Shown here piece after piece: positions 1-10,299 of a stretch of DNA of 64,000 nt (within the stretch, counting starts at the first letter, position 1; each line of letters opens with the position of its first letter). This DNA is from a virus. The notes beneath the pieces were generated by a model that was given only the letters and a program-made list of their open reading frames with translations, made no database searches and was not told the DNA's origin. The DNA lies in the IMG/VR virus record IMGVR_UViG_3300020601_000959, positions 5,188 to 69,187 of that record. One strand, 5' to 3'. The translations under genes and the position numbers were made by a program.

Positions 1-1
1 G

Positions 2-1279
2 TCTGCTCGCAAACCAATGTTTAGAACAGTTAATGGTAACGCTCAACCTGGAGTTTACACAGGCTTAGCAGACACAGTGTCTGTGACAGCAGCAAATACA
101 ACACAAGCTCGTCATATCTATATTGAAGACATGTCGCTCAATAATAACAGAGCGTCCGAAGTCTTTGTTTTAGATGAATGTGCTAGAAGCACATTTAGAA
201 ATTTAAAAATTACAGGAAAATGGCCAGAAGGGCAAGGTTCAGGGTTTGGCGGCGCAGACTATGGAAACGCTAGTGAAGCAGATATATGTGCTTTTGAATT
301 TATCGGGACTTCAAACGCACAATGTATTGAGAACCGTTTTGAAAACGTAATGATAAGAAATGTTTATGCTGCCTGTCGAAGCACTCATGATTCCAATAAA
401 AACATTTTTAAAAACGTAGATGTTAATACTACGGCTGTAGGATTCCAATGGGGTATAGGAAGTTTAGCACCATTAGATGGTTTCTCAACAGGTCCTAGTT
501 CTAATATTATCGAAGATTGTAAATTTGATTTAGTGAGTCAAATTGGTATAGAAATAGAAAACGGTGAATATAATAAAATTAAAAATAGTTATTTTTACAC
601 AGTTGGCAATACTAGTGGTGATGCTTTAGGCGGTAATGACTCGAATCCAGACAATCCAACTGGTTTTGGTTCAGAGGCGTTAGCATCTCACAATATTATT
701 TTGTTTACCAATAATTTTACAAATACTAGCGAAAATAATTATTTTCAAAGAACGGCTCAACTGAGTCCTCATAGAAGTTCAGGAGATAGCACTATTCTTG
801 ATCCTTTTCTACTTACGGATTATATTGCCGAAGTCGGCGGCAAAGTAAACTACACAAACTACAACCAAACTGAACGTCCTATTGGTTACACATTAAATGA
901 TGTAGGCGATGATACGGTTGACATTATAAAATTGCCGTGCTATAATGATGGTACTGTTACACTTTATTACCAATATGAAGGTGAGAGAGTAAATGGTACA
1001 GATCCAGACTTATACATTAGACAAGCAGGTACAATGGAATTACATTTTTTAGAAGGTGATAGCCAATTAACAGTTTCGCAGGACTTTACGTTCCAAGGTG
1101 ATGCTGCTTATAGTGATCCTAATTTTGCGTTCTCGGCTCTTTTAGATGAGATAGAATCAAACCCAGGCCAACGTAGTATTATTATACAATGTAAAAATTT
1201 ATTTCCAAGTACAAATGACAAGTTTAATTGGTATTATAGTGTGAAATCTAGTAACTCAACAACTGACATAAATCCTTAA
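2..1279 (+). CDS. Virion structural protein with right-handed beta-helix-like repeats (5' partial)
   Basis: Frame is open from the window edge; Asn/Ile-rich parallel beta-helix-like repeats (NIIEDCKFD, NKIKNSYF, NRFENVMI). Confidence 0.55.
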   Translation, partial: SARKPMFRTVNGNAQPGVYTGLADTVSVTAANTTQARHIYIEDMSLNNNRASEVFVLDECARSTFRNLKITGKWPEGQGSGFGGADYGNASEADICAFEFIGTSNAQCIENRFENVMIRNVYAACRSTHDSNKNIFKNVDVNTTAVGFQWGIGSLAPLDGFSTGPSSNIIEDCKFDLVSQIGIEIENGEYNKIKNSYFYTVGNTSGDALGGNDSNPDNPTGFGSEALASHNIILFTNNFTNTSENNYFQRTAQLSPHRSSGDSTILDPFLLTDYIAEVGGKVNYTNYNQTERPIGYTLNDVGDDTVDIIKLPCYNDGTVTLYYQYEGERVNGTDPDLYIRQAGTMELHFLEGDSQLTVSQDFTFQGDAAYSDPNFAFSALLDEIESNPGQRSIIIQCKNLFPSTNDKFNWYYSVKSSNSTTDINP

Positions 1280-1282
1280 TAC

Positions 1283-1708
1283 ATGTTTGATAAAAACCCT
1301 GAGGATCGGCTTCGTGCCTGGTCTGATTTTAGAAATAATTTAGAGAGCGAGCCTGACCCTTTTACATGTGCGGTCAAATTATATAATATGGCTCCTCTTT
1401 CAGCATACAGCATTGACCCAGATAGTCCTAATAGCTGGCCTAATCCTTGGGAATTGTTAAATGAAAACGAGTATGATGAACTGGGATATATACTTGGTAT
1501 TGGATACACTTTAGGGTTAACTGATCGTTTTTCTGAGTGTCCAATTGAGATACATATAACACAAGACAAAGAGAAATCCCGCCAGTATTATTTGTTACAC
1601 ATAGATGATAAAGTTATTGGATTCGATAGACAGGGTCCTGTTTGCCGCAAAGAATTACCGACCACACTTTTTGTCGAATCAATACATAAGCTACGGCTTG
1701 ACTACTAA
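1283..1708 (+). CDS. Hypothetical phage protein
   Basis: 141 aa ORF in operon context, preceded by CATAAAT. Confidence 0.6.
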   Translation: MFDKNPEDRLRAWSDFRNNLESEPDPFTCAVKLYNMAPLSAYSIDPDSPNSWPNPWELLNENEYDELGYILGIGYTLGLTDRFSECPIEIHITQDKEKSRQYYLLHIDDKVIGFDRQGPVCRKELPTTLFVESIHKLRLDY

Positions 1709-1732
1709 ATAGAAATTAAAAAGGATAAGATA

Positions 1733-4042
1733 ATGATTCAAGTTACCAAACGCGATGGACGCAAAGAAACTCTCGATATTGAAAAATTACACAAAGTTGT
1801 TTTTCACGCATGTAATGATATTACAGGAGTTAGTCCAAGTGAGGTAGAAATCAAAAGTCAAATCCAATTTTTCAATGGTATGAAAAGTAGTGAGATCCAA
1901 GAGACTCTTATCAAAGCAGCAGCAGATCTTATCAGTGAAGAAACACCAAACTATCAATATGTTGGCGGTAGACTAATTAACTATCATCTACGCAAAGAAG
2001 TGTATGGTGGCTATGATCCGTGTCACATTAAAGAACTTGTAGAGCGTAACATTGAACTTGGTTTCTATGATCCAGAACTTATTAATTATTATGACGACGA
2101 CGAATGGGAAAAGATTAACAATTTTATTAAACACGAGCGTGATGAGAATCTAACCTATGTTGCTATGGAACAACTTCGTGGTAAGTATCTTGTACAAAAT
2201 AGAGTTACAGGACATATATTTGAAACACCGCAAATGTGCTATGCTTTGATAGCGGCTGTACTGTTCGCAGACTATGACAAAGAAACTAGACTTAAATGGG
2301 TAAAAGAGTATTATGACGCAGTTAGTCTACATGATATTAGCTTACCTACTCCTGTTATGGCTGGCGTTCGCACGCCACAACGTCAGTTTAGTTCTTGCGT
2401 CCTTATCGAATCTGATGATAGTCTTGATAGTATCAATGCTACTACTAGCAGTATTGTTAAGTATGTAAGTCAAAAAGCAGGCATTGGCATCGGCGGCGGT
2501 AAGATCCGTGCTATTGGTTCACCAGTGCGTAAAGGCGATGCTTATCACACAGGCATTATTCCATTTTATAAAATGTTTCAGTCGGCAGTAAAGTCATGTA
2601 GTCAAGGTGGTGTGCGTGGCGGAGCAGCAACTATCTACTATCCAATTTGGCATTTAGAAGCAGAAGAAATGCTAGTGCTAAAGAACAACAAAGGCACAGA
2701 AGAAAACCGTGTGCGTCATATGGACTATGGTGTACAGTTCAACAAACTAATGTATGAAAGACTTATTACAGGCGGCGATATAACTCTTTTCTCGCCTAGT
2801 GATGTACCTGGCTTGTACGATGCTTTCTTTGCGGACCAAGATAAGTTCCGTGAGCTATATGAAACAGCAGAACGCAACACAAGACTAAGAAAGAAAACAG
2901 TAAAGGCAAGCGATTTGTTTAGTGCTTTCATGGAAGAGCGTAAGAACACAGGACGTATCTACTTACAGAATGTAGACAATGCTAACGAGCATGGTAGTTT
3001 CTTACCAGAGATAGCGCCTATTAGACAATCAAATTTGTGTGCTGAAATTGATTTACCAACAAAACCGTTGTCGTCGTTTGATGATCCAGAAGGTGAAATT
3101 AGTTTGTGTACATTGAGCGCAATCAACTGGGGCAACATTAAACAAGTAAGTGACTTTGAAAGAGTGTGCCGTTTGGCAGTGCGTGGACTAGATGCTTTGT
3201 TAAGCTACCAAAACTATCCTGTCATAGCAGCACAACTCAGCACAGAAAAACGCCGTCCGTTAGGTGTTGGTATTATCAACTTTGCCTACTGGTTAGCAAA
3301 GAACAATCTTGACTACCAAAACATAGACAGTGACGGATTGGCATTAGTAGACGAGTTCGCTGAAGCATGGAGTTTCTATCTAATCAAAGCAAGTGCTGAC
3401 TTAGCAACAGAACAAGGTGCGCCAAGTGGTAACATGGAAACAAAGTATGGACATGGCATTACACCTAACCAAACATATAAAAAAGATGTAGACGAACTAG
3501 TTAAACATCAAGAACGTATGGACTGGAAAGGATTGCGCAAGCAATTAAAAGAAACAGGTATTCGCAACAGTACACTAATGGCACTTATGCCAAGTGAAAC
3601 ATCAGCACAAATAGCAAATGCCACAAATGGTATTGAACCGCCTAGAGCCTACATTAGTGTAAAACAATCAAAGCATGGTGTTCTCAAGCAAGTAGTACCA
3701 GAGTATAAACGCCTAAAGAACAAGTACGATTTGCTATGGGACCAACAGTCACCAGAAGGTTATCTAAAGATAATGAGTGTGCTACAGAAATACATTGATC
3801 AAGGTATTAGTGTAAACACAAGCTACAATCCACAGTTTTATGACGATGAAAAGATTCCAATGAGTACGATGCTACAGCACATGTTGATGTTTTATAAATA
3901 CGGTGGGAAGCAATTGTATTATTTCAACACACATGACGGACAGGGAGAACTTGATGTTAGTAAGATGATGTCAAAAGAATCATTGCCTGAATTAGAATCA
4001 ACAGTTGAAGATGATGAATATTGCGAAACTTGCGTAATCTAG
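1733..4042 (+). CDS. nrdA: Ribonucleotide reductase class Ia alpha subunit
   Basis: N-terminal ATP cone (VTKRDGRKE), QFSSCVL, QSNLCAE, MPSETS, C-terminal CETC. Confidence 0.98.
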   Translation: MIQVTKRDGRKETLDIEKLHKVVFHACNDITGVSPSEVEIKSQIQFFNGMKSSEIQETLIKAAADLISEETPNYQYVGGRLINYHLRKEVYGGYDPCHIKELVERNIELGFYDPELINYYDDDEWEKINNFIKHERDENLTYVAMEQLRGKYLVQNRVTGHIFETPQMCYALIAAVLFADYDKETRLKWVKEYYDAVSLHDISLPTPVMAGVRTPQRQFSSCVLIESDDSLDSINATTSSIVKYVSQKAGIGIGGGKIRAIGSPVRKGDAYHTGIIPFYKMFQSAVKSCSQGGVRGGAATIYYPIWHLEAEEMLVLKNNKGTEENRVRHMDYGVQFNKLMYERLITGGDITLFSPSDVPGLYDAFFADQDKFRELYETAERNTRLRKKTVKASDLFSAFMEERKNTGRIYLQNVDNANEHGSFLPEIAPIRQSNLCAEIDLPTKPLSSFDDPEGEISLCTLSAINWGNIKQVSDFERVCRLAVRGLDALLSYQNYPVIAAQLSTEKRRPLGVGIINFAYWLAKNNLDYQNIDSDGLALVDEFAEAWSFYLIKASADLATEQGAPSGNMETKYGHGITPNQTYKKDVDELVKHQERMDWKGLRKQLKETGIRNSTLMALMPSETSAQIANATNGIEPPRAYISVKQSKHGVLKQVVPEYKRLKNKYDLLWDQQSPEGYLKIMSVLQKYIDQGISVNTSYNPQFYDDEKIPMSTMLQHMLMFYKYGGKQLYYFNTHDGQGELDVSKMMSKESLPELESTVEDDEYCETCVI

Positions 4043-4071
4043 TTGACAACTAGAATAAATTATGCTACAAA
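4043..4071 (+). promoter_or_regulatory. Sigma70-type promoter for nrdB
   Basis: TTGACA 4043-4048, 17 nt spacer, TGc-TACAAA. Confidence 0.5.
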
Positions 4072-4090
4072 TATAAAAAAGGATACACAC

Positions 4091-5218
4091 ATGAGCGTTT
4101 TTGATACAACGAACAAAACTGATCACACCAAAGTTCTAGCGTTTCTAGATCCATCGGGCGGTCCAACTATTCAACGTTATGATACGTTGAAATACAAAAC
4201 ATTTGATAGCCTAACAGACAAACAGCTAGGATTCTTTTGGCGTCCAGAAGAAGTTGATATCTATAAAGATGCTAAAGACTTTAAAGCTCTCACCGAACAT
4301 GAGCAGCATATCTTTACAAGTAACTTAAAACGTCAAATTTTATTAGATAGTGTACAAGGTCGTGCTCCAGTTGAAGCATTTGCTCCAATTGTATCCTTAC
4401 CGGAGTTAGAAAACTGGATCCAAACATGGACCTTTAGTGAAACAATTCACTCACGTAGCTACACACATATTATCCGTAACGTCTACAGCAACCCAAGCAA
4501 AGTGTTTGACGAGCTTATGGACATTGAAGAAATTGTAGACTGTGCTGGAGACATTTCAAAGTATTACGATGACTTGATTGAACAAAGCATGTGGTACAAC
4601 TTGCTGGGTGAAGGTACCCACACAGTCAATGGCAAAAAGAAAACAGTTGATTTATATGAACTAAAGAAAAACTTGTGGCTTACATTAATGAGCGTAAATA
4701 TTCTTGAAGGTGTTCGTTTCTATGTGTCATTTGCGTGTAGTTGGGCGTTTGCTGAACTGAAGAAGATGGAAGGTAACGCTAAGATTATCAAGCTGATCGC
4801 CCGTGATGAAAACTTACACTTGGCAAGTACACAGATGCTTTTAAAAGTACTAAAAACAGATGATCCAGACTATGCTAAAATTGCTGAAGAAACAGAAGAG
4901 GAATGTATTCAAATGTTTGTTGACGCCGTTGATCAAGAAAAGGCATGGGCAGAATATTTGTTTAAAGATGGTAGTATGATTGGGTTGAATACAGAGTTGC
5001 TAGGACAGTATATTGAGTTTATTTGTACTCGTAGAATGAGCAATGTAAATTTAAAAAGTCCATACAACCAAAAAACAAATCCTTTGCCGTGGACACAGAA
5101 ATGGATCAGTGGCGCAGATGTTCAAGTGGCGCCACAAGAAACAGAAATTACAAGTTACGTGTCAGGGGGTACAAAACAAGATGTGGGCCAAGATACATTC
5201 AAAGGCTTCAGCCTATGA
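4091..5218 (+). CDS. nrdB: Ribonucleotide reductase class Ia beta subunit
   Basis: FFWRPEEVD, ETIHSRSY, EGVRFYVSF, RDENLH, VAPQETE; start moved to ATG 4091 after AAGGA. Confidence 0.97.
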   Translation: MSVFDTTNKTDHTKVLAFLDPSGGPTIQRYDTLKYKTFDSLTDKQLGFFWRPEEVDIYKDAKDFKALTEHEQHIFTSNLKRQILLDSVQGRAPVEAFAPIVSLPELENWIQTWTFSETIHSRSYTHIIRNVYSNPSKVFDELMDIEEIVDCAGDISKYYDDLIEQSMWYNLLGEGTHTVNGKKKTVDLYELKKNLWLTLMSVNILEGVRFYVSFACSWAFAELKKMEGNAKIIKLIARDENLHLASTQMLLKVLKTDDPDYAKIAEETEEECIQMFVDAVDQEKAWAEYLFKDGSMIGLNTELLGQYIEFICTRRMSNVNLKSPYNQKTNPLPWTQKWISGADVQVAPQETEITSYVSGGTKQDVGQDTFKGFSL

Positions 5219-5466
5219 TAGAGATATGGGGTAAGGACAATTGTATATATTGTACTAGAGCAAAAGCTCTATGTGAGACACGAGGCTATACATTTACCTA
5301 CAAAATGTTAGGAACAGATTTCATGCGTGAAGAAGTTCTTGAAGAATTTCCAGGAGCAAGAACCTTTCCACAAATTAAAGTAGGTGGTAGGGCTGTTGGT
5401 TCTTATAATGACTTCGTAAAATATTTAGAAGATACAGGATACAATGGAACTGGGCATAGTCTTTGA
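5215..5466 (+). CDS. Glutaredoxin
   Basis: CIYC active site and ARTFPQI motif; ATG overlaps the nrdB stop. Confidence 0.93.
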   Translation: MIEIWGKDNCIYCTRAKALCETRGYTFTYKMLGTDFMREEVLEEFPGARTFPQIKVGGRAVGSYNDFVKYLEDTGYNGTGHSL

Positions 5467-6128
5467 GTTTTATATTTCATAGTACTGAACAAGACGGCGT
5501 TTTGTTTTACTTTCATAAGTGCGGAACTACAAATATTACTACACCAATGCCTGATAGATCAGTCTATAACTTAATTGGATCTAGTGTTTACACAATGAAA
5601 GGTCAAACTGCCTACGAACACTACGCCATGCGCTATGTAAATTTTGATCAAAAGAAATATGTGCTGGTAAGGCATCCTATGGAAAAGTTTATAAGTGGTT
5701 ACCATCATTATCTATCGCTAATTAAATCTAATCTTGATAACAAAAAAGAATGGATGTCAAAACTTTTAAATAAGAAATTTGGAGAATATGATATTAATTT
5801 ACATTGTGAGGCAGTCCGTAAACTGTCTGTATTAAATGAAACTTATGATCATGATTACGGCCATCATTGCTTAGACTTTTATCTACATTGTGTAGAGGAT
5901 ATGGGAGACCATATAACAGACGACATGGAAGTAATTAGACTAGGTGGCAATTACGAACAACTTAAAAATACATCGTTGTATGAATTATTAGAAGGTAAAC
6001 ATAAAAATCAGACGCAATCACATATCAAGGAATCAGCTCCTTTGAATTGGACACCTGAAAGTTATAATTATATTACTAAGAAGTATAAGAAAACTATGAA
6101 AAGACTAGGATACAAATATGATCATTGA
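5463..6128 (+). CDS. Sulfotransferase family 2-like protein
   Basis: HKCGTT (5'PSB-like) and VRHPMEKFISGY (3'PB-like) motifs. Confidence 0.6.
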   Translation: MSFIFHSTEQDGVLFYFHKCGTTNITTPMPDRSVYNLIGSSVYTMKGQTAYEHYAMRYVNFDQKKYVLVRHPMEKFISGYHHYLSLIKSNLDNKKEWMSKLLNKKFGEYDINLHCEAVRKLSVLNETYDHDYGHHCLDFYLHCVEDMGDHITDDMEVIRLGGNYEQLKNTSLYELLEGKHKNQTQSHIKESAPLNWTPESYNYITKKYKKTMKRLGYKYDH

Positions 6129-6408
6129 AACACCATACAAAGCAAACGATACTGTTACTATCAAAACTACAGGAGGCGATGAAATTGTTGCCCGGTTTGT
6201 AGAGGAAAATGATAAATCAGTTACAGTATCAAAACCCTTAGCATTAATGGCAACACAACAAGGCATGGGACTTGCTCCTTATGCGTTTACCATTCCACAG
6301 GATAGCAAAGTACACATAAATAAAAGTGCTGTTGTATTCATTTGTAAAACTGATCCCGAAATGGGCAAACAATATATGACAAGCACCACAGGAATTCAAA
6401 TGGCTTAG
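6118..6408 (+). CDS. Small Sm-fold-like conserved phage protein
   Basis: VTIKTTGGDEIVARF...VSKPL pattern typical of T4-like phage Sm-like proteins. Confidence 0.5.
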   Translation: MIIETPYKANDTVTIKTTGGDEIVARFVEENDKSVTVSKPLALMATQQGMGLAPYAFTIPQDSKVHINKSAVVFICKTDPEMGKQYMTSTTGIQMA

Positions 6409-6416
6409 GGGTTTTA

Positions 6417-6767
6417 ATGGGCGGCAAGGTTGCTAGAAAAACAGATACTACTACAACAGGACATAGTTGTGACACTACAACTACCCTTAACAATGGTCAA
6501 GGTAGTGTGTTTGCGGAAAACCAACTTGTAGCAAGAATCGGCGACCCTACGGTATCACATGATGTTCCAACAGTAATTCAAACAGGAACGGACGAAGACG
6601 GCAATCCAACTTTTTCAACAGTGTGTCTGCCTCATACAGGATCAGTAACAACAGGCAATGGAACTGTTTATGCTGTTGGCAAACTCATTACATTCCTAGG
6701 TGAAACTGTTTCTTGTAGCAGCGGATCAATTACAAGTTCAGCAAACACAGTTTACGTAGAAAATTAA
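6417..6767 (+). CDS. PAAR-repeat spike tip protein (gp5.4-like)
   Basis: VARKTD, GH-C, VARIGD, GSxxVF repeats. Confidence 0.85.
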   Translation: MGGKVARKTDTTTTGHSCDTTTTLNNGQGSVFAENQLVARIGDPTVSHDVPTVIQTGTDEDGNPTFSTVCLPHTGSVTTGNGTVYAVGKLITFLGETVSCSSGSITSSANTVYVEN

Positions 6768-6771
6768 TCAC

Positions 6772-6799
6772 TTGACATTATCCATACTTGTGTTATAAT
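6772..6799 (+). promoter_or_regulatory. Sigma70-type early promoter
   Basis: TTGACA-16-TATAAT. Confidence 0.7.
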
Positions 6800-6831
6800 G
6801 AAGCACAACTTAGGCAATTAGAGAGGCATTT

Positions 6832-7338
6832 ATGAAAATTTATCTAGATATGGACGGCGTTATAGCTGACTTCTTTGGAGGACTACAGAACTACTATGGT
6901 GTAGATCATTGGAAGAACTTACCAGATAAAGAAGAAAGCATTTGGGCACTAAAATACACAAACTTCTTTGATACACTTGAACCATTTCCAACAAGTGCTA
7001 GGCTTGTTAACACAGTAAGAGAACTTGCTGGTGATAATTATGGCATTTGTTCTAGTCCGTTGCGTGGAGATAAGGACAATAGTAGTTACTGGAAGCGTGT
7101 ATGGTTAACAAGACATAACTTTTTGCCAAGCCGTGTGCCAAACATTATCTTTACTGGATACAAACCAAAGTATGCTATTGAAGATATTACTGGTATGCCC
7201 AACATTCTAGTTGATGATAAACCTAGCAATATTGATAGTTGGAAGGCAAAGGGTGGTATTGGTATTAGATATCAAGCTAACGAAGATAGTGTTGATGATC
7301 TAATTGAGAACTTAAGAACTTTATACGTAGGTGATTAG
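6832..7338 (+). CDS. HAD-family 5'(3')-deoxyribonucleotidase-like protein
   Basis: IYLDMDGVIADF, LVDD, WKAKGGIGI motifs. Confidence 0.85.
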   Translation: MKIYLDMDGVIADFFGGLQNYYGVDHWKNLPDKEESIWALKYTNFFDTLEPFPTSARLVNTVRELAGDNYGICSSPLRGDKDNSSYWKRVWLTRHNFLPSRVPNIIFTGYKPKYAIEDITGMPNILVDDKPSNIDSWKAKGGIGIRYQANEDSVDDLIENLRTLYVGD

Positions 7339-7520
7339 TGGAACAAAAAAACTTGCACGAACAGATAGTTCTTGCTTTTGACATTTATATGAAAGAAAGT
7401 GAGAAGTTTGAAAGCGGAGTAAAAGCCTCTGCTGTTCGTGCTCGCCAAGCCTTATTTGAAATGAAAGATCTGCTTGTACTTCGAAGAAAAGAAATACAAG
7501 AAAAGAAAAGAGAAATGTAA
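7338..7520 (+). CDS. Histone H1-like (Hc1-type) small protein
   Basis: KASAVRARQAL...RRKEIQEKK pattern. Confidence 0.55.
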   Translation: MEQKNLHEQIVLAFDIYMKESEKFESGVKASAVRARQALFEMKDLLVLRRKEIQEKKREM

Positions 7521-7543
7521 TAAATACAGTAGAGGATAATAAA

Positions 7544-7807
7544 ATGGAAACACTTTCAGATTTAAGAAAATATATTTTGTCAAACTACGGTATTCAACCG
7601 CATGTGTCTAATGATGATGAATTAACGTACAGAGCAATAACCTTTTCACGTAAAGTTACACCAGGTGTTGGTTTCCATGATCCTGGAGACATGTGGGCAG
7701 TTAGACGCCACGGCAAAACAGAAGATTTTATGAGAACAGAAGAATTAGAAAAAGCAGTAGATGCGGGCGGCAGCCTTTTGTACTGGTTTTTTCCTGAAGG
7801 CTCTTAA
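7544..7807 (+). CDS. Hypothetical protein
   Basis: ORF with GAGGA RBS and upstream ATAAATA. Confidence 0.6.
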   Translation: METLSDLRKYILSNYGIQPHVSNDDELTYRAITFSRKVTPGVGFHDPGDMWAVRRHGKTEDFMRTEELEKAVDAGGSLLYWFFPEGS

Positions 7808-7849
7808 TTCAGTGTTAGCGCTCTATTGTAACATTTTTGTAAATACATT

Positions 7850-8056
7850 ATGTTGCGAAATGATCTCAAAGAAGAATACCGCATTTTCTACATGGTGAAA
7901 GGCCACCTCAACGCCTCCCCTGAAACAGTATTGGACAGCTATAACGGCTATTTTAAACGCCTATGGTATGATGGTGGCGATGGCGCACCCCTTTACGATT
8001 ACAGTGAACAGTTCGAAGAAGCATGGAGTAAACACAATGGTCTCGAAACAATTTGA
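7850..8056 (+). CDS. Hypothetical protein
   Basis: ORF in operon context. Confidence 0.5.
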   Translation: MLRNDLKEEYRIFYMVKGHLNASPETVLDSYNGYFKRLWYDGGDGAPLYDYSEQFEEAWSKHNGLETI

Positions 8057-8255
8057 AGCTTTAACTGAGGACGAGCTACAGTTTATGGAAAAACTATTGG
8101 CCGAAGCATTAGGTAAAGAAATAGAGCAAGATAAAACTTGGCAAAATAAGAATGGATATTCTAGACCATTTCAAAAACAGCGCAAAATACTGAACTGTCT
8201 TAACGCAATCAAATCACAAAAAAGAGTACAAAAGTTACGTGCTACTAAATGGTAA
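8037..8255 (+). CDS. Hypothetical protein
   Basis: ATG 8037 after GGAG; basic C-terminus. Confidence 0.55.
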   Translation: MVSKQFEALTEDELQFMEKLLAEALGKEIEQDKTWQNKNGYSRPFQKQRKILNCLNAIKSQKRVQKLRATKW

Positions 8256-8262
8256 TTAAAGG

Positions 8263-8293
8263 TTGACAACCTTTAAATTTTATGTTATAAATA
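8263..8293 (+). promoter_or_regulatory. Composite early/late promoter for tmRNA
   Basis: TTGACA 8263-8268, 17 nt, TATAAATA 8286-8293. Confidence 0.7.
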
Positions 8294-8294
8294 A

Positions 8295-8515
8295 CCTGTA
8301 GGCGTTATAAAGCGTATTTGGACTCCGGGGCGGTACCGGACGCCTCCACCATAAACACATTTACTGAGTGTGTTTTTGATGGGGGCGACATAGGATTCGA
8401 CAGGTAGGCTAGTTTACAAAACACAAATGCAAACGATAACTTTGCACCATCTGGATTTGCCTTAGCGGCCTAATCACAGGGGGTATGGGTTCCACCTAGC
8501 AACAGAACGGGCCTG
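8295..8515 (+). ncRNA. ssrA: Permuted (two-piece) tmRNA, tag ANDNFAPSGFALAA
   Basis: Acceptor piece ending CGCCTCCACCA (8351), intervening hairpin AAACACAT/GTGTGTTT, coding piece starting GGGGGCGACATAGGATTCGAC (~8381), tag reading frame 8429-8473; outer ends approximate. Confidence 0.93.
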
Positions 8516-8541
8516 TTTTCCAACTAACAAGGGAGAAATAT

Positions 8542-9834
8542 ATGTTAGAAAAACTATTTGGGTTGTCAGCAGCAGGAACTACTGTAAGAACAGAAGTAAT
8601 GGCTGGTTTAGCAACCTTTCTTACAATGGCATATATTACTGTAGTCAACCCAGCTATTCTTTCAACTGAAGGATCAGGTATGGGTTTTGGTGCTGTGTTT
8701 ACAGCAACCATTATTGCCGCAGTAATTGGCACATTGATAATGGGTCTCTGGGCTAATTGGCCAGTAGCACTCGCACCAGGTATGGGACTTAATGCGTTCT
8801 TTACTTTTGGTGTTATCTTTGGTATGGGATATACCTATCAACAGGCACTTGCCGCTGTATTTGTAGCTGGTATTGTGTTTATTGGACTTAGTGTAACACC
8901 AGCACGTAAGTATATTATTAACAGCATTCCTAAGTCTATGAAACTTGGTGTTGGCGCAGGTATTGGCCTGTTTCTTGCCATTATTGGTTTGAAAAATGCT
9001 GGCATTGTAGTTGACGATCCTGCTACACTAGTAGGACTTGGAGACGTAACTAGTTGGCCAGTATTGCTAACAGGTTTAGGCTTTGTAATTATGGCAATCC
9101 TAGACAAGCGTAAAGTTCCAGGCGCAGTGATTCTTGGTATTCTAGCTGTATCAGCTATTGCTTGGATCACAGGTATTGCGGACCTAGGCGGAGTAGCTGG
9201 TGCTATTCCAAGTCCTGAACATGCCTTTAGTATGGACTTTAGTGCTCTATTTACAGCAGGATTTATTGGAGTTGCTTTTGCCTTTTTGTTTGTTGACTTT
9301 TTTGACACAGCAGGAACACTTACAAGTGTTGCTAACCTAACAGGAAAAGTTAATGACGATGGCGAAGTAGAGCAAATTGATCGTGCTTTACTTGCTGATT
9401 CAGTAGCAACTACAGCAGGTGCGTTAGTAGGAACATCAAACACTACTTCATACATTGAAAGTGGAGCAGGTATCAAAGAAGGTGGTAAGACAGGACTTAC
9501 AGCAGTAGTTGTCGCTATCTTGTTCGGTGCTTGTTTATTCTTAGCGCCACTAGCACAAAGCATTCCAGCTTATGCTACAGCGCCAGCACTAATCTTTATT
9601 GCTACATACTTTTTACGCAACATCGCAGATATTGACTGGGATGATGTAACTGAGTATGCTCCAGCAGTATTGGCAGCAGTGTTGATGCCACTAACATTTA
9701 GTATCGCACACGGCATTGCTATTGGCTTTGTAGCTTATGCGCTAATCAAAGCATTAAGCGGTCGTACAGACGATCTAAATGGCGGTAGCATTGCTATCGC
9801 AGCTATCAGCGTTATCTATTTTATCGCTGTATAA
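8542..9834 (+). CDS. NCS2/AzgA-family purine (guanine/hypoxanthine/adenine) permease
   Basis: EVMAGLATFLTMAYI, LAPGMGLNAFF, DFFDTAGT, YIESGAGI, PLTFSIA. Confidence 0.95.
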   Translation: MLEKLFGLSAAGTTVRTEVMAGLATFLTMAYITVVNPAILSTEGSGMGFGAVFTATIIAAVIGTLIMGLWANWPVALAPGMGLNAFFTFGVIFGMGYTYQQALAAVFVAGIVFIGLSVTPARKYIINSIPKSMKLGVGAGIGLFLAIIGLKNAGIVVDDPATLVGLGDVTSWPVLLTGLGFVIMAILDKRKVPGAVILGILAVSAIAWITGIADLGGVAGAIPSPEHAFSMDFSALFTAGFIGVAFAFLFVDFFDTAGTLTSVANLTGKVNDDGEVEQIDRALLADSVATTAGALVGTSNTTSYIESGAGIKEGGKTGLTAVVVAILFGACLFLAPLAQSIPAYATAPALIFIATYFLRNIADIDWDDVTEYAPAVLAAVLMPLTFSIAHGIAIGFVAYALIKALSGRTDDLNGGSIAIAAISVIYFIAV

Positions 9835-9841
9835 TGATAAT

Positions 9842-9878
9842 GGCCGGCTTTGATAAATCAGAGTCGGCTGTTCTTTTG
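9842..9878 (+). terminator. Probable intrinsic terminator
   Basis: GGCCGGCTTTGA-TAAA-TCAGAGTCGGCT then GTTCTTTT. Confidence 0.6.
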
Positions 9879-9894
9879 ACTAAAGGAAAATATT

Positions 9895-10299
9895 ATGCCT
9901 TATATGACATCAGCAAATTTATTTGAAGTCGGAGACTTTATTAGCCATGCCGGAAACAAACTTGCGTGGAAGATTGAATGTGATGCTATACGACCTGAAT
10001 GGTGGGACGGACTAGCACGTATGATAATGGACTACCAGACGGAGCCATTCAGCAAGGTAGTTGGAATACCAAGAGGTGGACTACCATTACAAAGTGCCAT
10101 GGAAAAATATGTAACGCCAGGCGATCATCCTTGGATGGTAGTAGACGATGTTTACACAACAGGCACAAGTTTTAGAGAATTCTGTACTACAAAAGATACA
10201 ATGTTTGCCTATAAGTGGACTATCTTTGCTCGTAAACCAATTGAGTATAACGAGCCAACTGATATCAGAGCATTATTTACGATGCCTGCTACAATTTAA
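9895..10299 (+). CDS. Type I phosphoribosyltransferase
   Basis: GIPRGG and VVDDVYTTGTS PRPP-binding motif. Confidence 0.85.
   Translation: MPYMTSANLFEVGDFISHAGNKLAWKIECDAIRPEWWDGLARMIMDYQTEPFSKVVGIPRGGLPLQSAMEKYVTPGDHPWMVVDDVYTTGTSFREFCTTKDTMFAYKWTIFARKPIEYNEPTDIRALFTMPATI

Noticed and set aside
1733-5218. Intron or intein in nrdA/nrdB
   Set aside because: Both have normal length and continuous motifs
8474-8541. Purine riboswitch upstream of the NCS2 permease
   Set aside because: The space is occupied by the tmRNA 3' region; no purine aptamer core seen
8838-9563. Long antisense ORFs (also 12270-12722, 15557-16147, 31658-32101 and those inside 56841-63695)
   Set aside because: Shadows of well-supported + strand genes with no motifs or RBS
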